Source of the DNA: Bilabrum cf. latius
Taxonomy: Eukaryota
Length of the DNA stretch: 64,000 nt
NCBI GenBank assembly: GCA_965178125.1
Contig: OZ237771.1
Coordinates: forward strand, 186,001-250,000
Direction of reading: 5' to 3'
Within the stretch, counting starts at the first letter, position 1. Each line of letters opens with the position of its first letter. Position numbers and translations under genes: made by a program. Below, piece after piece: positions 26,701 to 38,798 of the stretch. The notes beneath the pieces are model-generated. The model had not been told where the DNA came from. It did not search any database and was given only the letters and a program-made list of their open reading frames with translations.

Positions 26701-28168
26701 GGCCACTGGACCATCAGTCCATCGCTCAGCCAAGGACGCAAGTGGTCTCACCAAGACGCCATCGAGGTCGGGCACTCAGCAGCAGCAGCAGAGCCACAGG
26801 CTCAACTCGAGTGATCGATCGGATGACTCGGAGCGCGAGATGCAGCTCGCGAGACAGCTGGTTCTTTCTGCGCTATCCTCGGGGTCCAGGAGCGCGCAAA
26901 GGTCCCGACGGGCTGCCCACCGGCGGTTCTCGCTCGCATCCAGCACGCTGCACTCAATCGACGGTCAAGAGCATGCCTCGGATCCCATCGACCAGCACGG
27001 CCCGACCGAGCTGCAGGTGATCATGCAAGAGACTCTCTCCGATGACAAGATGCGGGCCGTCGTGAGGGGCACGCTGCTGCGGGAGGGCAGCACCAAGAGC
27101 TCTGCGATCGTGTACTCGGCGGTGTCATTCGTGCTGCTGGGGGCGATCTTGTCGTTTGTGCTGTGGTTCATCATCGCATTTGGGCTGACGAGAGGCAGGC
27201 AGGTGATCAGCGAGTTCATGCTGACGTTCTGGGCCTCGCAGGGAATCACCTTCTTGGTGACCCAGCCGCTGATCGTGTTTGCAGGGATCGCGTGGGCCAC
27301 CACCTTCGGCCCCGAGGCGCAGCAGCTGTGCTCATGGATGCCCCTGTGCGGGGGCACTGATGACTCGCAGAAGCTGGCGGGGTCGCACGTGCTGTCTGGT
27401 CGGGTTGGCAATGTCGCGATGCTGCATGCAGTGGGGGCGACGGCGGGTCTGTCAGCGCAAGACAGCCTGCTGGTGTTCTCGCTCACCTCTGCACTTTCGG
27501 CTGCATTTGTGTCTGGTTTTGAGGATACTGGTGCAAGGCAGTCCTTGGGGTCTCAACAGGCGGACGATGGGCCTGGATCGTCAGTCTCCAACTCAACCGG
27601 GCAGGACTAGTCACGGGAGGCATCTTATTCTAGCCCGGCGGCGTCAGTGGCACGAAGGAGAGTGCTATTCGCCCGGATGGAGCGGCGCCTGCACGACAGC
27701 CTGACTCGAGAATTTGCTCGGTTCAGGTTTTAGAATGCGGTGTAGTCGATCCGCGCAGCGATCCAGAGAATCGTGGTGACCCTGGGGCGATCGGGCAGCA
27801 GCAGCTCTCGCCCGTTTGACACGATCGACCGAGAACCTGTTCAGAAGGTTCTCGACTTCGGTGAGGACCAGGATAGTGTCCACAGTCGATCCATCAAGTA
27901 TGCGAGCAACGAAACACCTGGATCTGTTATTGAAGATGTAGACCAAGATGTCATACGAGCCCCTGGCGAGGCCTTGTAGGGCAAGATAGGGACCCAACTG
28001 GAGACTGGGCCAATGGTGCTGCAACTCGAGACCGACAGGGAGGATCCTGCTCTAGCTGTGTGGCTCCAAAAGAGTTGCGAGCAAGTGCTGACTTTGCTGG
28101 ATGCTGCCGTGGAGAGCCAAAGGGAACGTTTGCGGCCCGAGGTGCGCGGAGCTGTGGGATTGGACTGA
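14753..28168 (+). CDS. Giant polycystin-1/PKDREJ-like adhesion receptor, copy A (~4,470 aa): FG-GAP repeats, S/T/P stalk, REJ, GAIN/GPS, ~5 TM helices; needs TAG read as sense; true start uncertain
   Basis: Ten ORF-track pieces in one frame, separated only by 15 TAGs (15599, 15983, 16103, 16355, 17687, 18350, 18407, 20246, 26288, 26552, 26648, 27608, 27731, 27743, 27977); ends at TGA 28166-28168. FG-GAP Ca-binding loops (DIDGNGAPDLAVGAP, DMNGDGITDIAVGA). REJ-like motifs (LQWTQVSGP, VTVNEPPRPG, GWQDDPTDFPLRFAF). GPS motif CIYWD...W...GC...CRCTHL/TDF at 23792-23899. TM segments follow, including FLVTQPL. First in-frame ATG is 15125; a short 5' exon/intron upstream of ccgcag (~15008) is possible. 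Confidence 0.85.
19361..19655 (+). repeat. Coding 36-bp tandem repeat (8 units; VSSSPSTSPTPS), mucin-like stalk of copy A
   Basis: Unit ccagcagccccagcacctcgcccacgccgagtgtat seen directly. Confidence 0.9.
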
Positions 28169-31100
28169 TATTCAGTGCCCTTGTTTGCAAGAGACTGCTT
28201 GGAGAGCGCGCAAATTCTTACGTTGGCCCGAAATTGCTTTGCTTGCTATAGTTTATTAAATTGCCAAATTTCGGAGGTTTGAACCTTATTTGAATACGTA
28301 TCCGTGGAATAGTAACGTGTCCTAAGCATATCCGGATAGTCTATCAAGACTGCTAGCGAGCAAAATAATTAATTTCTCTCAATGCTAATAAGATAAAAAT
28401 TACAGCGGCCTGCATTGGCTAACGCAACCTAGTGGTCGTGAATACTTCTCGGCTCAAACTGGACCAACAGCCCCCCGCACCTCGGGCCGTAGCCGTTGCC
28501 GTTGGCTCTCCACGGCAGCGTCCAGTAAAGTGAGCAGTCTCTGGCAACTTTTGCGGAGCCACCCAGCTAGGGCAGCATCCCCCATGACAATCTCGAGCTG
28601 CGGCACAATCGGCCCAACTTCCAGAAGTGGAGTTCCAGCCTTGACTTGGCCAACCTTGCCACACCCTCGGTGGAGACCTTGGGCTGGATGCCCGGTAGAT
28701 GCTCCCTTTTCCAACCGCTGTTGAGTAGGATGAATGACAACGCTTCTACTCTTCACAGGCCTGCTATCGGCATGCACGTCATCATCCTCCTCACAATTAA
28801 AATCAAGAGCCCTTCGTACAGGTTTTCGGCCAATCTCGTCATCATAGTCCAACATGCGAGAGCTGCTGCTGCCTGATCGCCCCAGGGTCACCACGATTCT
28901 CTGGATCGCTGCGCGGATCGACTACACCGCATTCTAAAACCTGAACCGAGCAAATTCTCGAGTCAGGCTGTCGTGCAGGCGCCGCTCCATCCGGGCGAAT
29001 AGCACTCTCCTTCGTGCCGCTGACGCCGCCGGGCTAGAATCAGATGCCTCCCGTGACTAGTCCTGCCCGGTTGAGTTGGAGAATGACGATCCAGGCCCAT
29101 CGTCCGCCTGTTGAGACCCCAAGGATCGCCTTGCACCAGTATCCTCAAAACCAGACACAAATGCAGCCGAAAGTGCAGAGGTGAGTGAGAACACCAGTAG
29201 GCTGTCTTGCGCTGACAGACCCGCCGTCGCCCCCACTGCATGCAGCATCGCGACATTGCCAACCCGACCAGACAGCACCTGCGACCCCGCCAGCTTCTGC
29301 GAGTCATCAGTGCCCCCGCACAGGGGCATCCATGAGCACAGCTGCTGCGCCTCGGGGCCGAAGGTGGTGGCCCACGCGATCCCTGCAAACACGATCAGCG
29401 GCTGGGTCACCAAGAAGGTGATTCCCTGCGAGGCCCAGAACGTCAGCATGAACTCGCTGATCACCTGCCTGCCTCTCGTCAGCCCAAATGCGATGATGAA
29501 CCACAGCACAAACGACAAGATCGCCCCCAGCAGCACGAATGACACCGCCGAGTACACGATCGCAGAGCTCTCGGTGCTGCCCTCCCGCAGCAGGGTGCCC
29601 CTCACGACGGCCCGCATCTTGTCATCGGACAGAGTCTCTTGCATGATCACCTGCAGCTCGGTCGGGCCGTGCTGGTCGATGGGATCCGAGGCATGCTCTT
29701 GACCGTCGATTGAGTGCAGCGTGCTGGATGCGAGCGAGAACCGCCGGTGGGCAGCCCGTCGGGACCTTCGCGCGCTCCTGGACCCCGAGGATAGCGCAGA
29801 AAGAACCAGCTGTCTCGCGAGCTGCATCTCGCGCTCCAAGTCATCCGATCGACCACTCGAGTTGAGCCTGTGGCTCTGCTGCTGCTGCTGAGTGCCCGAC
29901 CTCGATGGCGTCTTGGTGAGACCACTTGCGTCCTTGGCTGAGCGATGGACTGATGGTCCCGTGGCCACAAGTGAGTCTGCAGTGGACGGGGCATCTGAGC
30001 TAGACGTACCACTGCCCTGCGAATATGACGCAGGATCGTGTGCTGATGGCACTCGCGGTGTCGCCAATACTGCCCCATAGGAAGGTGAATTGACAGAGCC
30101 GGGCAATGCGGCCTAGCCATGAGCGTGGCAATCATTTTGGATCGGGCTAGTGTCAATCCCTGTGCCATGGGTATCTTCCATGAGTCCAAGCCGAGCACGC
30201 CCCCTGGCTTGGCTAGCATCCGGGGTGTGCCAATCGCAGTCATCATACACCACGTGATCCGCATGGACACCCGAGTCGTCCGAGTCGTCCGAGTCGCTGT
30301 CGATAGGTTCGCTGCCCCCTTGACCAATTGACCCAGTGAAAGCACCTTTCAGCTGCTCCATGAGCTCCATCATCACACCATCTTCCTAATCAAGCACCAG
30401 GTCAGCAATGCCCCGCAGCTGGGACTGCTCCACTGAGCACACGCACCTCAGCGCGTCAAGAGGACCCCACTCGCAGCAGTCGCAGCACGCGCAGTACCTC
30501 CGATGGTCGGATTCCATGCGATCTCCACGCTGGCCTGTGCTCCTTGGAGTTGCTTGCTCTACTTCACCTGTGGATTCTTCATGCGACTGGACTGTCTGCA
30601 CCCATTCCCGGGTGGGATCCGTCCGAATATCCCGCGCGCAGTAGCAGCAGCCGTAGTGCCTGCCCTCCGCTGCCATCTCGCGCACAAGGAACAAAGGCTT
30701 CTGGGACGGGGTGCGCTGCATGCACCACACGAGGCACGGGCAGCAGCAGACGCAGCAGGTCGGCGGGTCTGACCACCCCAGCGATATGGGATTGTACACG
30801 TCTGGCAAGTCATCCACAGGCAGGAACCAAAACACATTGGGGGATGACTCGGAGTCTTTAGAGCTAGCTTCACGCAGGGCTCGATCTGCGATGCGCCGGG
30901 GTACATCGGACTCTTCACTGACTCCAGGTGGCGATGACAGCACCAGCTGCGCGGATAGACGGGCGATGTTCCTCAGATGCTGCACCCCACCATCGATCCT
31001 GCCCCGGGTCATGCAGCAACGAGCCTCGCACCAACGACAGGAGCACGCGGCACCAATGCAAGCGTACTTGCAGCGCGCGCCCGTGGCAAGGAAATCGCCG

Positions 31101-32280
31101 TATTCGCGGAGGGCTCGGATCAGACTCAGGCGCACTGCATTGTGCTGCAGGCGTTTGGCTGCAGCAGAGGCACCAGGGGTATGGTGTGATGAGTGCTGGG
31201 CCTCGGGGGGAGAACGGAACTGAGCTGCAGCCGCTTCGCTACTGCCCTGTTCAGGCGTCGCTGCCACCACACTCTCCCGGTCCTGTCGCGCTGCTAGGCT
31301 GCTGCTTACCTCAGACAGCCTTTCATAGCACGAGGCATTGCGCGCATCGATGGCGTTGTCTATCAGAGCCTCCGTGTTCTCGTCTCCGAGCAACTCGCCA
31401 ACCATGCGGAGCTGGTCAATGTCACTAGTCCCGATTGTGCCCTGGCCTGACTCGATCCGGTTCGTCAGCACGGTCTGTAGGACCTGCAGCTTCCTCCTCA
31501 AATCACCCACCTTGGAGCCCAGGTGCACCTCGGCCACTGACCTAAGCTCCAGCTCGCGCCAGATGGGGAAGTACCGCCGCTGGAAGCACGCGTCACCTGC
31601 CTTGCTGAACAAAGCGGTCATGATTGCATCGGCCGGGAACTGCATCACGGAAGCAAGCACAGCGAAGACCCCGCGCTCCCATAGCGCCAGTGGAACGAAG
31701 TCATCAACGCCATCGCAGTCATCATCAATCCCAGAGTAGTCCGCTCCCGTGATGCTGTAGAAGAACGCCGTGGCAAACATAGCCACGAAAATCACAGCCA
31801 GCAGCTGGCCCAGCCGCATGATCCGATCCTGCTGGTAGTTAAACCGGAAGAAGGCCGCCAGGAAGATGTGCTCGAACGGCAGTCGGGCGCACCACAGGCG
31901 AAGCAAGTCGCACCGCAGGACCCAGGCCCGATAGCATGCGCTCATCGCCGCGAGCTGGGAGGCCGTGTGTCCGGTGCCTGCCTGTAGGATATCTGAAGTT
32001 GCGCGAGGTTGTATCCCTGATCCGTGTTTGACCAGGTTGGATCCGACCTGCTGCTCCGGTTTCTCGTTGACCACTCCTGCGTACATGCCCCGTATGTTGC
32101 GACCAGCTGCCGCGAGGTTACCGGTTGCAACCGATCTCTGCTGCCCTCCTGCGACCGACTCGGGTTCAACTCTCACGCTGCAGCACCACTTGTAGCAGCA
32201 GTAGCAGCACCCGTCCTGGTGCTGCCTCTCCACTTTGTCAGCACTGCGAGCCATCAGCTCCTGCTCCACGAACACTCGCG

Positions 32281-32433
32281 AAACTGACATTGATTTGTAC
32301 GTTACATCGAATCAGTTCTAGAACCTCCGGTTAGGGTTGCTAGAAAATGCGAGGGCGTGCTGGGCCCCGGCTCCTCGGGCGGTTGACCACCCGTGGCGCC
32401 ACAAGGGGACCCGGCTGCTGGTGCAGCCTGCGC
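32281..32433. repeat. Split direct repeat B2 (153 bp), element terminus
   Basis: Matches 33161-33313 (aaactgacattg...gtgcagcctgcgc). Confidence 0.9.
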
Positions 32434-32988
32434 GCCTGACGCGGGTAAGCAAAGTGCCTACCCACCGGAGGTATCATTCAATCATACAATGTAAGCAGAT
32501 GCGCTCGAAGATCTAAACACCCAGCCAGTGGCTGGGAAAAGTCACCCGAGCTCGGTGCCGCCCTCTCAGTGAGGTGACGACCCCTACATCCAAATCCCTC
32601 AGAGTGTCTGCATGGCCTGGACTATAAAGACCGAAAATGTTCCGGAAGAAAACTATCCATGCCTGGGTGCCGCCCTCTCGTTGAGATGACGACCCCGTCT
32701 TCTGCTGACTGTCCCGCGGTGTGATTTGTTGGCTGAGGATGCCGACAAACTCACGCGCGATCCTGGGTGCCGCCCTTCGGTGTCCGGTGGCGACCCCTGT
32801 ACCTCTGGGTGTTGAGTCATGATCCCTGCCCTGCAAGATATGCGCTATCGTTGCGCCAAATCGCAGGCCCTGGGCTGTCCTCGCGCTCCAAATTGCTGTG
32901 GTACGCGTGGGCTCTTTGCCCCATCATTCAGGGACTTGAGTCATGACACTCCTCTCTGCACTTCCTCTACACTTTGCGGGTGGGCGGG

Positions 32989-33313
32989 AAAACTTTTGCA
33001 AGCTGACTCAGAACTACACTACATTGTAGTACGTGTCTTCTTGAGCACTGCCGAGATCAGTATCTTCGGCGTACCCTCGGGAAGATGAGTCGGCCTTCAC
33101 GCAAATCAATCCCAGTTTCTACAGTTCCGGTCTTACTGATTGTAACCCCAGACCTGCTAAAAACTGACATTGATTTGTACGTTACATCGAATCAGTTCTA
33201 GAACCTCCGGTTAGGGTTGCTAGAAAATGCGAGGGCGTGCTGGGCCCCGGCTCCTCGGGCGGTTGACCACCCGTGGCGCCACAAGGGGACCCGGCTGCTG
33301 GTGCAGCCTGCGC
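32989..33313. repeat. Adjacent internal repeats A2 (32989-33160, 172 bp) and B1 (33161-33313, 153 bp), reproducing the end-to-end circle junction
   Basis: 32989-33160 matches 39110-39281; 33161-33313 matches 32281-32433; junction gacctgctaa|aaactgacat. Confidence 0.9.
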
Positions 33314-33800
33314 CGTACTGACCCGCAGATTTGGCCACCTGTGGCCACTGCGGCTTGCCGCCCTACGCATACTGACCTGTGGGTCACATTAATCCGCTCC
33401 TTGGATATAGTCGCCACGATGGCTGCTGTCCGCTTTGCTTGCCACTAGTGGTAGTCATCTGTCGGTGGTGACCACCGTGGAGCCACTTGCATCGACTGTT
33501 GTGTTGAACTGTCAGGTTATGGTGGCTGATCTGCAGCATTCACCGTACCACCGATGAGCCTAGTCGTTGATCGCAACCAGAGATGTCAATTATATACGAA
33601 ATCCTCGCCGAGCTTAATACTGGTGCCTAAGATGCATTCAAGTACACAGGTTGCTGCGGGAGTGATCATCGCTTTCGTCGTTGTTAGTGCTATCCATTCG
33701 ACAGGACCTCCCAGTCTAGCTTACAAATGGTGCATATGGTGCTGCTCATTTTGTCCTGTCGTTGCTAGTGCTGTTCATCCGGAACTTACAAAACTCTGTT

Positions 33801-34405
33801 GTCGAGCTGCGTCCCTGCAAATGGTGCAATTGCTCACACAGGCTGCCTTGGGGATGGGCATCTCCTCCTTGGCAGCTAGTGCTGTTACTATGACAAGACC
33901 TCCTGGTCGAGCTGTTCAATGGTGTACATGGTGCAATTGCTCACACAGGCTGCCTTGGGGGTGGTCATCTCCTCCTTGGCAGCTAGTGCTGTCGCTATGA
34001 CAAGACCTCCTGGTCGAGCTGTTCAATGGTGTACATGGTGCAATTGCTCACACAGGCTGCCTTGGGGGTTGTCATCTCCTCCTTGGCAGCTAGTGCTGTC
34101 GCTATGACAAGACCTTCTGGTCGAGCTGTTCAATGGTGTACATGGTGCAATTGCTCACACAGGCTGCATTGGGGATGGTCATCTCCTCCTTGGCAGCTAG
34201 TGCTGTCGCTATGACAAGACATCCTGGTCGAGCTGTCCAATGGTGCACATGGTGCAATTGCTCACACAGGCTGCCTTGGGGGTGGTCATCTCCTCCTTGG
34301 CGGCTAGTGCTGTCGCTATGACAAGACCTTCTGGTCGAGCTGTTTCATGGTGCACATGGTGCAATTGCTCACACAGGCTGCCTTGGGGGTGGTCATCTCC
34401 TCCTT
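33801..34405. repeat. 107-bp tandem repeat array, block 1 (~5.5 units)
   Basis: Unit ...atggtgcaattgctcacacaggctgccttgggggtggtcatctcctccttggcagctagtgctgtcgctatgacaagac...; equivalent ATGs at 33919, 34026, 34133, 34240, 34347 (107-bp spacing). Confidence 0.9.
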
Positions 34406-35223
34406 TGCATGTGGTCGTAGTCCCGAGAAATCCACGACGATCCTGGCCTATTCACTTGGTACTATGCGTCGCTGCATGCCCACGCCGGGGCTGAGCTTCC
34501 AAGCGTACTTCCGGACCAGCAAGGCTCTCGGCATATCTGATGTTGCTGGTTTCGATGTAACTCGAATGAATCCTGCCTCAACCTGCTTGCGAATCTCAGT
34601 AAACAGGGCTGATTGCGTTGAGGTACCTTCGTGCCAGTCGGCGTCCCCACCGTCTCGTGGAGCCTTGATCGCTGCGTCAGGCTCGAGGTACCAGTGGAAA
34701 GGCGCGCCATACTTGCGTAAGACGTGCAACACCTCCGCCACCGGACAACACTGCGTGGTGCAGATTGAGAATGTAGCTGGATGCATCCAATACAGTTTGT
34801 CCCCACTGTGCACTTGCATGCTCCTCAGTGCGCTGCTCTGCGAGTTCATGCCGCTACGTTGCTCCACAATAGCCCTCTCGGTGTGCTCTGCTCTGGCTCC
34901 CTGACGGGCTACGAGAGTTCGCTCCTGGGTGGCCTGCTTTACAGCGGACGACTAATTCCTCGAAGCCTCCTCCCGGGTCCCCCCAAGGCTAACTCTAGCA
35001 TCAAGGGATGGTCCCGTGGATTTGACAGGCAGTATGAGTCCCCCTTCGCCGTGACCTAGTCGGACCTCTCCTTCTAGTGCGAACGTCGGAGGCACTCTGC
35101 CGCCTTGCTGCTGCTACGTCGGTGCTGATGTTCGTGCTGCTTCCTACTACCGCGGCTGCCCTGTGACCTGGCCCTTCTGCGCCTCGCGCTGGGGGTGCTG
35201 TCGTCGCGCCGCTAGTAGATGTT
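34406..35223 (-). pseudogene. Remnant of the N-terminal part of a DIRS/Ngaro-type reverse transcriptase ORF
   Basis: VLHVLRKYGAPFHW...ALFTEIRKQVEAGFIR...PRALLVRK, then, across a TAG at 34448, ARIVVDFSGL (RT motif R.vvDfs.l). The frame stays open upstream with only TAGs (34952, 35114, 35144, 35147). Truncated by the 107-bp array before the catalytic YxDD. Confidence 0.6.
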
Positions 35224-35676
35224 CTCCTCCTTGGCCGCCAGTGCTATCGCTATGACAAGACCTTCTGGTCGAGCTGTTTCATGGTGCATATGGTGCAATT
35301 GCTCACACAGGCTGCATTGGGGATGGTCATCTCCTCCTTGGCAGCTAGTGCTGTCGCTATGACAAGACATCCTGGTCGAGCTGTCCAATGGTGCACATGG
35401 TGCAATTGCTCACACAGGCTGCCTTGGGGGTGGTCATCGCCTCCTTGGCAGCTAGTGCTGTCGCTATGACAAGACATCCTGGTCGAGCTGTTTCATGGTG
35501 CATATGGTGCAATTGCTCATACAGGCTGCCTTGGGGGTGGTCATCTCCTCCTTGGCAGCTAGTGCTGTCGCTATGACAAGACCTTCTGGTCGAGCTGTTT
35601 CATGGTGCATATGGTGCAATTGCTCACACAGGCTGCCTTGGGGGTGGTCATCTCCTCCTTGGCGGCTAGTGATGTC
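35224..35676. repeat. 107-bp tandem repeat array, block 2 (~4 units)
   Basis: Same unit as block 1; equivalent ATGs at 35281, 35388, 35495, 35602. Confidence 0.9.
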
Positions 35677-35710
35677 GCGGTTGAGCATCGTAACACAACC
35701 TTAAGTTATC

Positions 35711-38700
35711 CAATGGACGACTCGCAGCAACCCACCCAGGCTCGCCAAGCTGCCCACAGCAGCAAAGGCGGCCAGTGGCAGGCGCATCAAGGCGCCATCA
35801 CAGACAAAGGCAAGCGGACGTCAAATGGACGACGCGCAGCAACCCACCCAGGCTCGCCAAGCTGCCCACAGCAGCAAAGGCGGCCAGTGGCAGGCGCATC
35901 AAGGCGCCATCACAGACAAAGGCTAGCGGACGTCAAATGGACGACGCGCAGCAACCCACCCAGGCTCGCCAAGCTGCCCACAGCAGCAAAGGCGGCCAGT
36001 GGCAGGCGCATCAAGGCGCCATCACAGACAAAAGCAAGCGGACGTCAAATGGACGACGCGCAGCAACCCACCCAGGCTCGCCAAGCTGCCCACAGCAGCG
36101 AAGGCGTCCAGTGGCAGGCGCATCAAGGCGCCATCACAGACAAAGGCTAGCGGACGTCAAATGGACGACGCGCAGCAACCCACCCAGGCTCGCCAAGCTG
36201 CGCACAGCAGCAAAGGCGTCCAGTGGCAGGCGCATCAAGGCGCCATCACAGACAAAGCAAGCGGACGTCAAATGGACGACGCGCAGCAACCCACCCAGGC
36301 TCGCCAAGCTGCCCACAGCAGCAAAGGCGGCCAGTGGCAGGCACATCAAGGCGTCATCACAGACAAAAGCAAGCGGACGTCAAATGGACGACGCGCAGCA
36401 ACCCACCCAGGCTCGCCAAGCTGCGCACAGCAGCAAAGGCGGCCAGTGGCAGGCGCATCAAGGCGCCATCACAGACAAAGGCAAGCGGACGTCAAATGGA
36501 CGACGCGCAGCAACCCACCCAGGCTCGCCAAGCTGCCCACAGCAGCGAAGGCGTCCAGTGGCAGGCGCATCAAGGCGCCATCACAGACAAAGGCAAGCGG
36601 ACGTCAAATGGACGACGCGCAGCAACCCACCCAGGCTCACCAAGCTGCGCACAGCAGCAAAGGCGGCCAGTGGCAGGCGCAGTCAGGCGCCATCACAGAC
36701 AAAGGCAAGCGGACGTCAAATGGACGACGCGCAGCAACCCACCCAGGCTCGCCAAGCTGCGCACAGCAGCGAAGGCGTCCAGTGGCAGGCGCATCAAGGC
36801 GCCATCACAGACAAAGGCAAGCGGACGTCAAATGGACGACGCGCAGCAACCCACCCAGGCTCGCCAAGCTGCCCACAGCAGCAAGGTGGCCAGTGGCAGG
36901 CGCAGTCAGGCGCCATCACAGACAAAGGCAAGCGGACGTCATATGGACGACGCGCAGCAACCCACCCAGGCTCGCCAAGCTGCGCACAGCAGCAAGGTGG
37001 CCAATGGCAGACGCTTCAAGGAGCCATCACAGACAAAGGCAAGCGGACGTCAAATGGACGACGCGCAGCAACCCACCCAGGCTCGCCAAGCTGCCCACAG
37101 CAGCAAAGGCGGCCAGTGGCAGGCGCAGTCAGGCGCCATCACAGACAAAGGCAAGCGGACGTCAAATGGACGACGCGCAGCAACCCACCCAGGCTCGCCA
37201 AGCTGCGCACAGCAGCGAAGGCGTCCAGTGGCAGGCGCATTCAGGCGCCATCACAGACAAAGGCAAGCGGACGTCAAATGGACGATGCGCAGCAACCCAC
37301 CCAGGCTCGCCAAGCTGCCCACAGCAGCAAAGGTGGCCAGTGGCAGGCGCATCAAGGCGCCATCACAGACAAAGGCAAGCGGACGTCATATGGACGACGC
37401 GCAGCAACCCACCCAGGCTCGCCAAGCTGCGCACAGCAGCAAGGTGGCCAATGGCAGACGCTTCAAGGCGCCATCACAGACAAAGGCAAGCGGACGTCAA
37501 ATGGACGACGCGCAGCAACCCACCCAGGCTCGCCAAGCTGCCCACAGCAGCAAAGGCGGCCAGTGGCAGGCGCATCAAGGCGCCATCATAGACAAAGGCA
37601 AGCGGACGCCAAATGGACGACGCGCAGCAACCCACCCAGGCTCGCCAAGCTGCCCACAGCAGCAAAGGCGGCCAGTGGCAGGCGCATCAAGGCGCCATCA
37701 CAGACAAAGGCAAGCGGACGTCAAATGGACGACGCGCAGCAACCCACCCAGGCTCGCCAAGCTGCCCACAGCAGCAAAGGCGTCCAGTGGCAGGCACAGT
37801 CAGGCGCCATCCCAAACTAAGGCAAGCGGACGTCAAATGGACGACGCGCAGCAACCCACCCAGGCTCGCCAAGCTGCCCACAGCAGCAAAGGCGGCCAGT
37901 GGCAGGCGCATCAAGGCGCCATCAAAGACAAAGGCAAGCGGACGTCAAATGGACGACACGCAGCAACCCACCCAGGCTCGCCAAGCTGCCCACAGCAGCA
38001 AGGCGGCCAGCGGCAGGCGCATCAAGGCGCCATCACAGACAAAGGCAAGCGGACGTCAAATGGACAACGCGCAGCAACCCACCCAGGCTCGCCAAGCTGC
38101 CCACAGCAGCAAAGGCGGCCAGTGGCAGGCGCATCAAGGCGCCATCACAGACAAAGGCAAGCGGACGTCAAATGGACGACGCGCAGCAACCCACCCAGGC
38201 TCGCCAAGCTGCCCACAGCAGCAAAGGTGGCCAGTGGCAGGCGCATCAAGGCGCCATCACAGACAAAGGCAAGCGGACGTCAAATGGACGACGCGCAGCA
38301 ACCCACCCAGGCTCGCCAAGCTGCGCACAGCAGCAAGGTGGCCAGTGGCAGGCGCATCAAGGCGCCATCACAGACAAAGGCAAGCGGACGTCAAGTGGAC
38401 GACGCGCAGCAACCCACCCAGGCTCGCCAAGCTGCCCACAGCAGCAAAGGCGGCCAGTGGCAGGCGCAGTCAGGCGCCATCACAGACAAAAGCAAGCGGA
38501 CGTCAAATGGACGACGCGCAGCAACCCACCCAGGCTCGCCAAGCTGCCCACAGCAGCAAGGCGGCCAGCGGCAGGCGCATCAAGGCGCCATCACAGACAA
38601 AAGCAAGCGGACGTCAAATGGACAACGCGCAGCAACCCACCCAGGCTCGCCAAGCTGCCCACAGCAGCAAGGTGGCCAGTGGCAGGCGCATCAAGGCGCC

Positions 38701-38798
38701 ATCACAGACAAAGGCAAGCGGACGTCAAGTGGACGACGCGCAGCAACCCACCCAGGCTCGCCAAGCTGCCCACAGCAGCAAGGTGGCCAGTGGCAGGC
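35711..38798. repeat. 111-112-bp tandem satellite (~28 units, ~3.1 kb) inside the retroelement
   Basis: Unit aatggacgacgcgcagcaacccacccaggctcgccaagctgcccacagcagcaaaggcggccagtggcaggcgcatcaaggcgccatcacagacaaaggcaagcggacgtca repeated head-to-tail with few variants. Confidence 0.95.

Larger units (their letters stand above)
12516..27811 (+). repeat. Left arm of a ~15-kb inverted segmental duplication (partner 28856-51431)
   Basis: Reverse-complement similarity is continuous from ctactttcagaacatg (12516; partner 51431) through the intergenic region and receptor gene to gcagctctcgc (27811; partner 28856). Confidence 0.9.

Noticed and set aside
33801-38798. CRISPR-like array
   Set aside because: Units are contiguous near-identical monomers with no unique spacers, no cas genes are present, and the context is eukaryotic.
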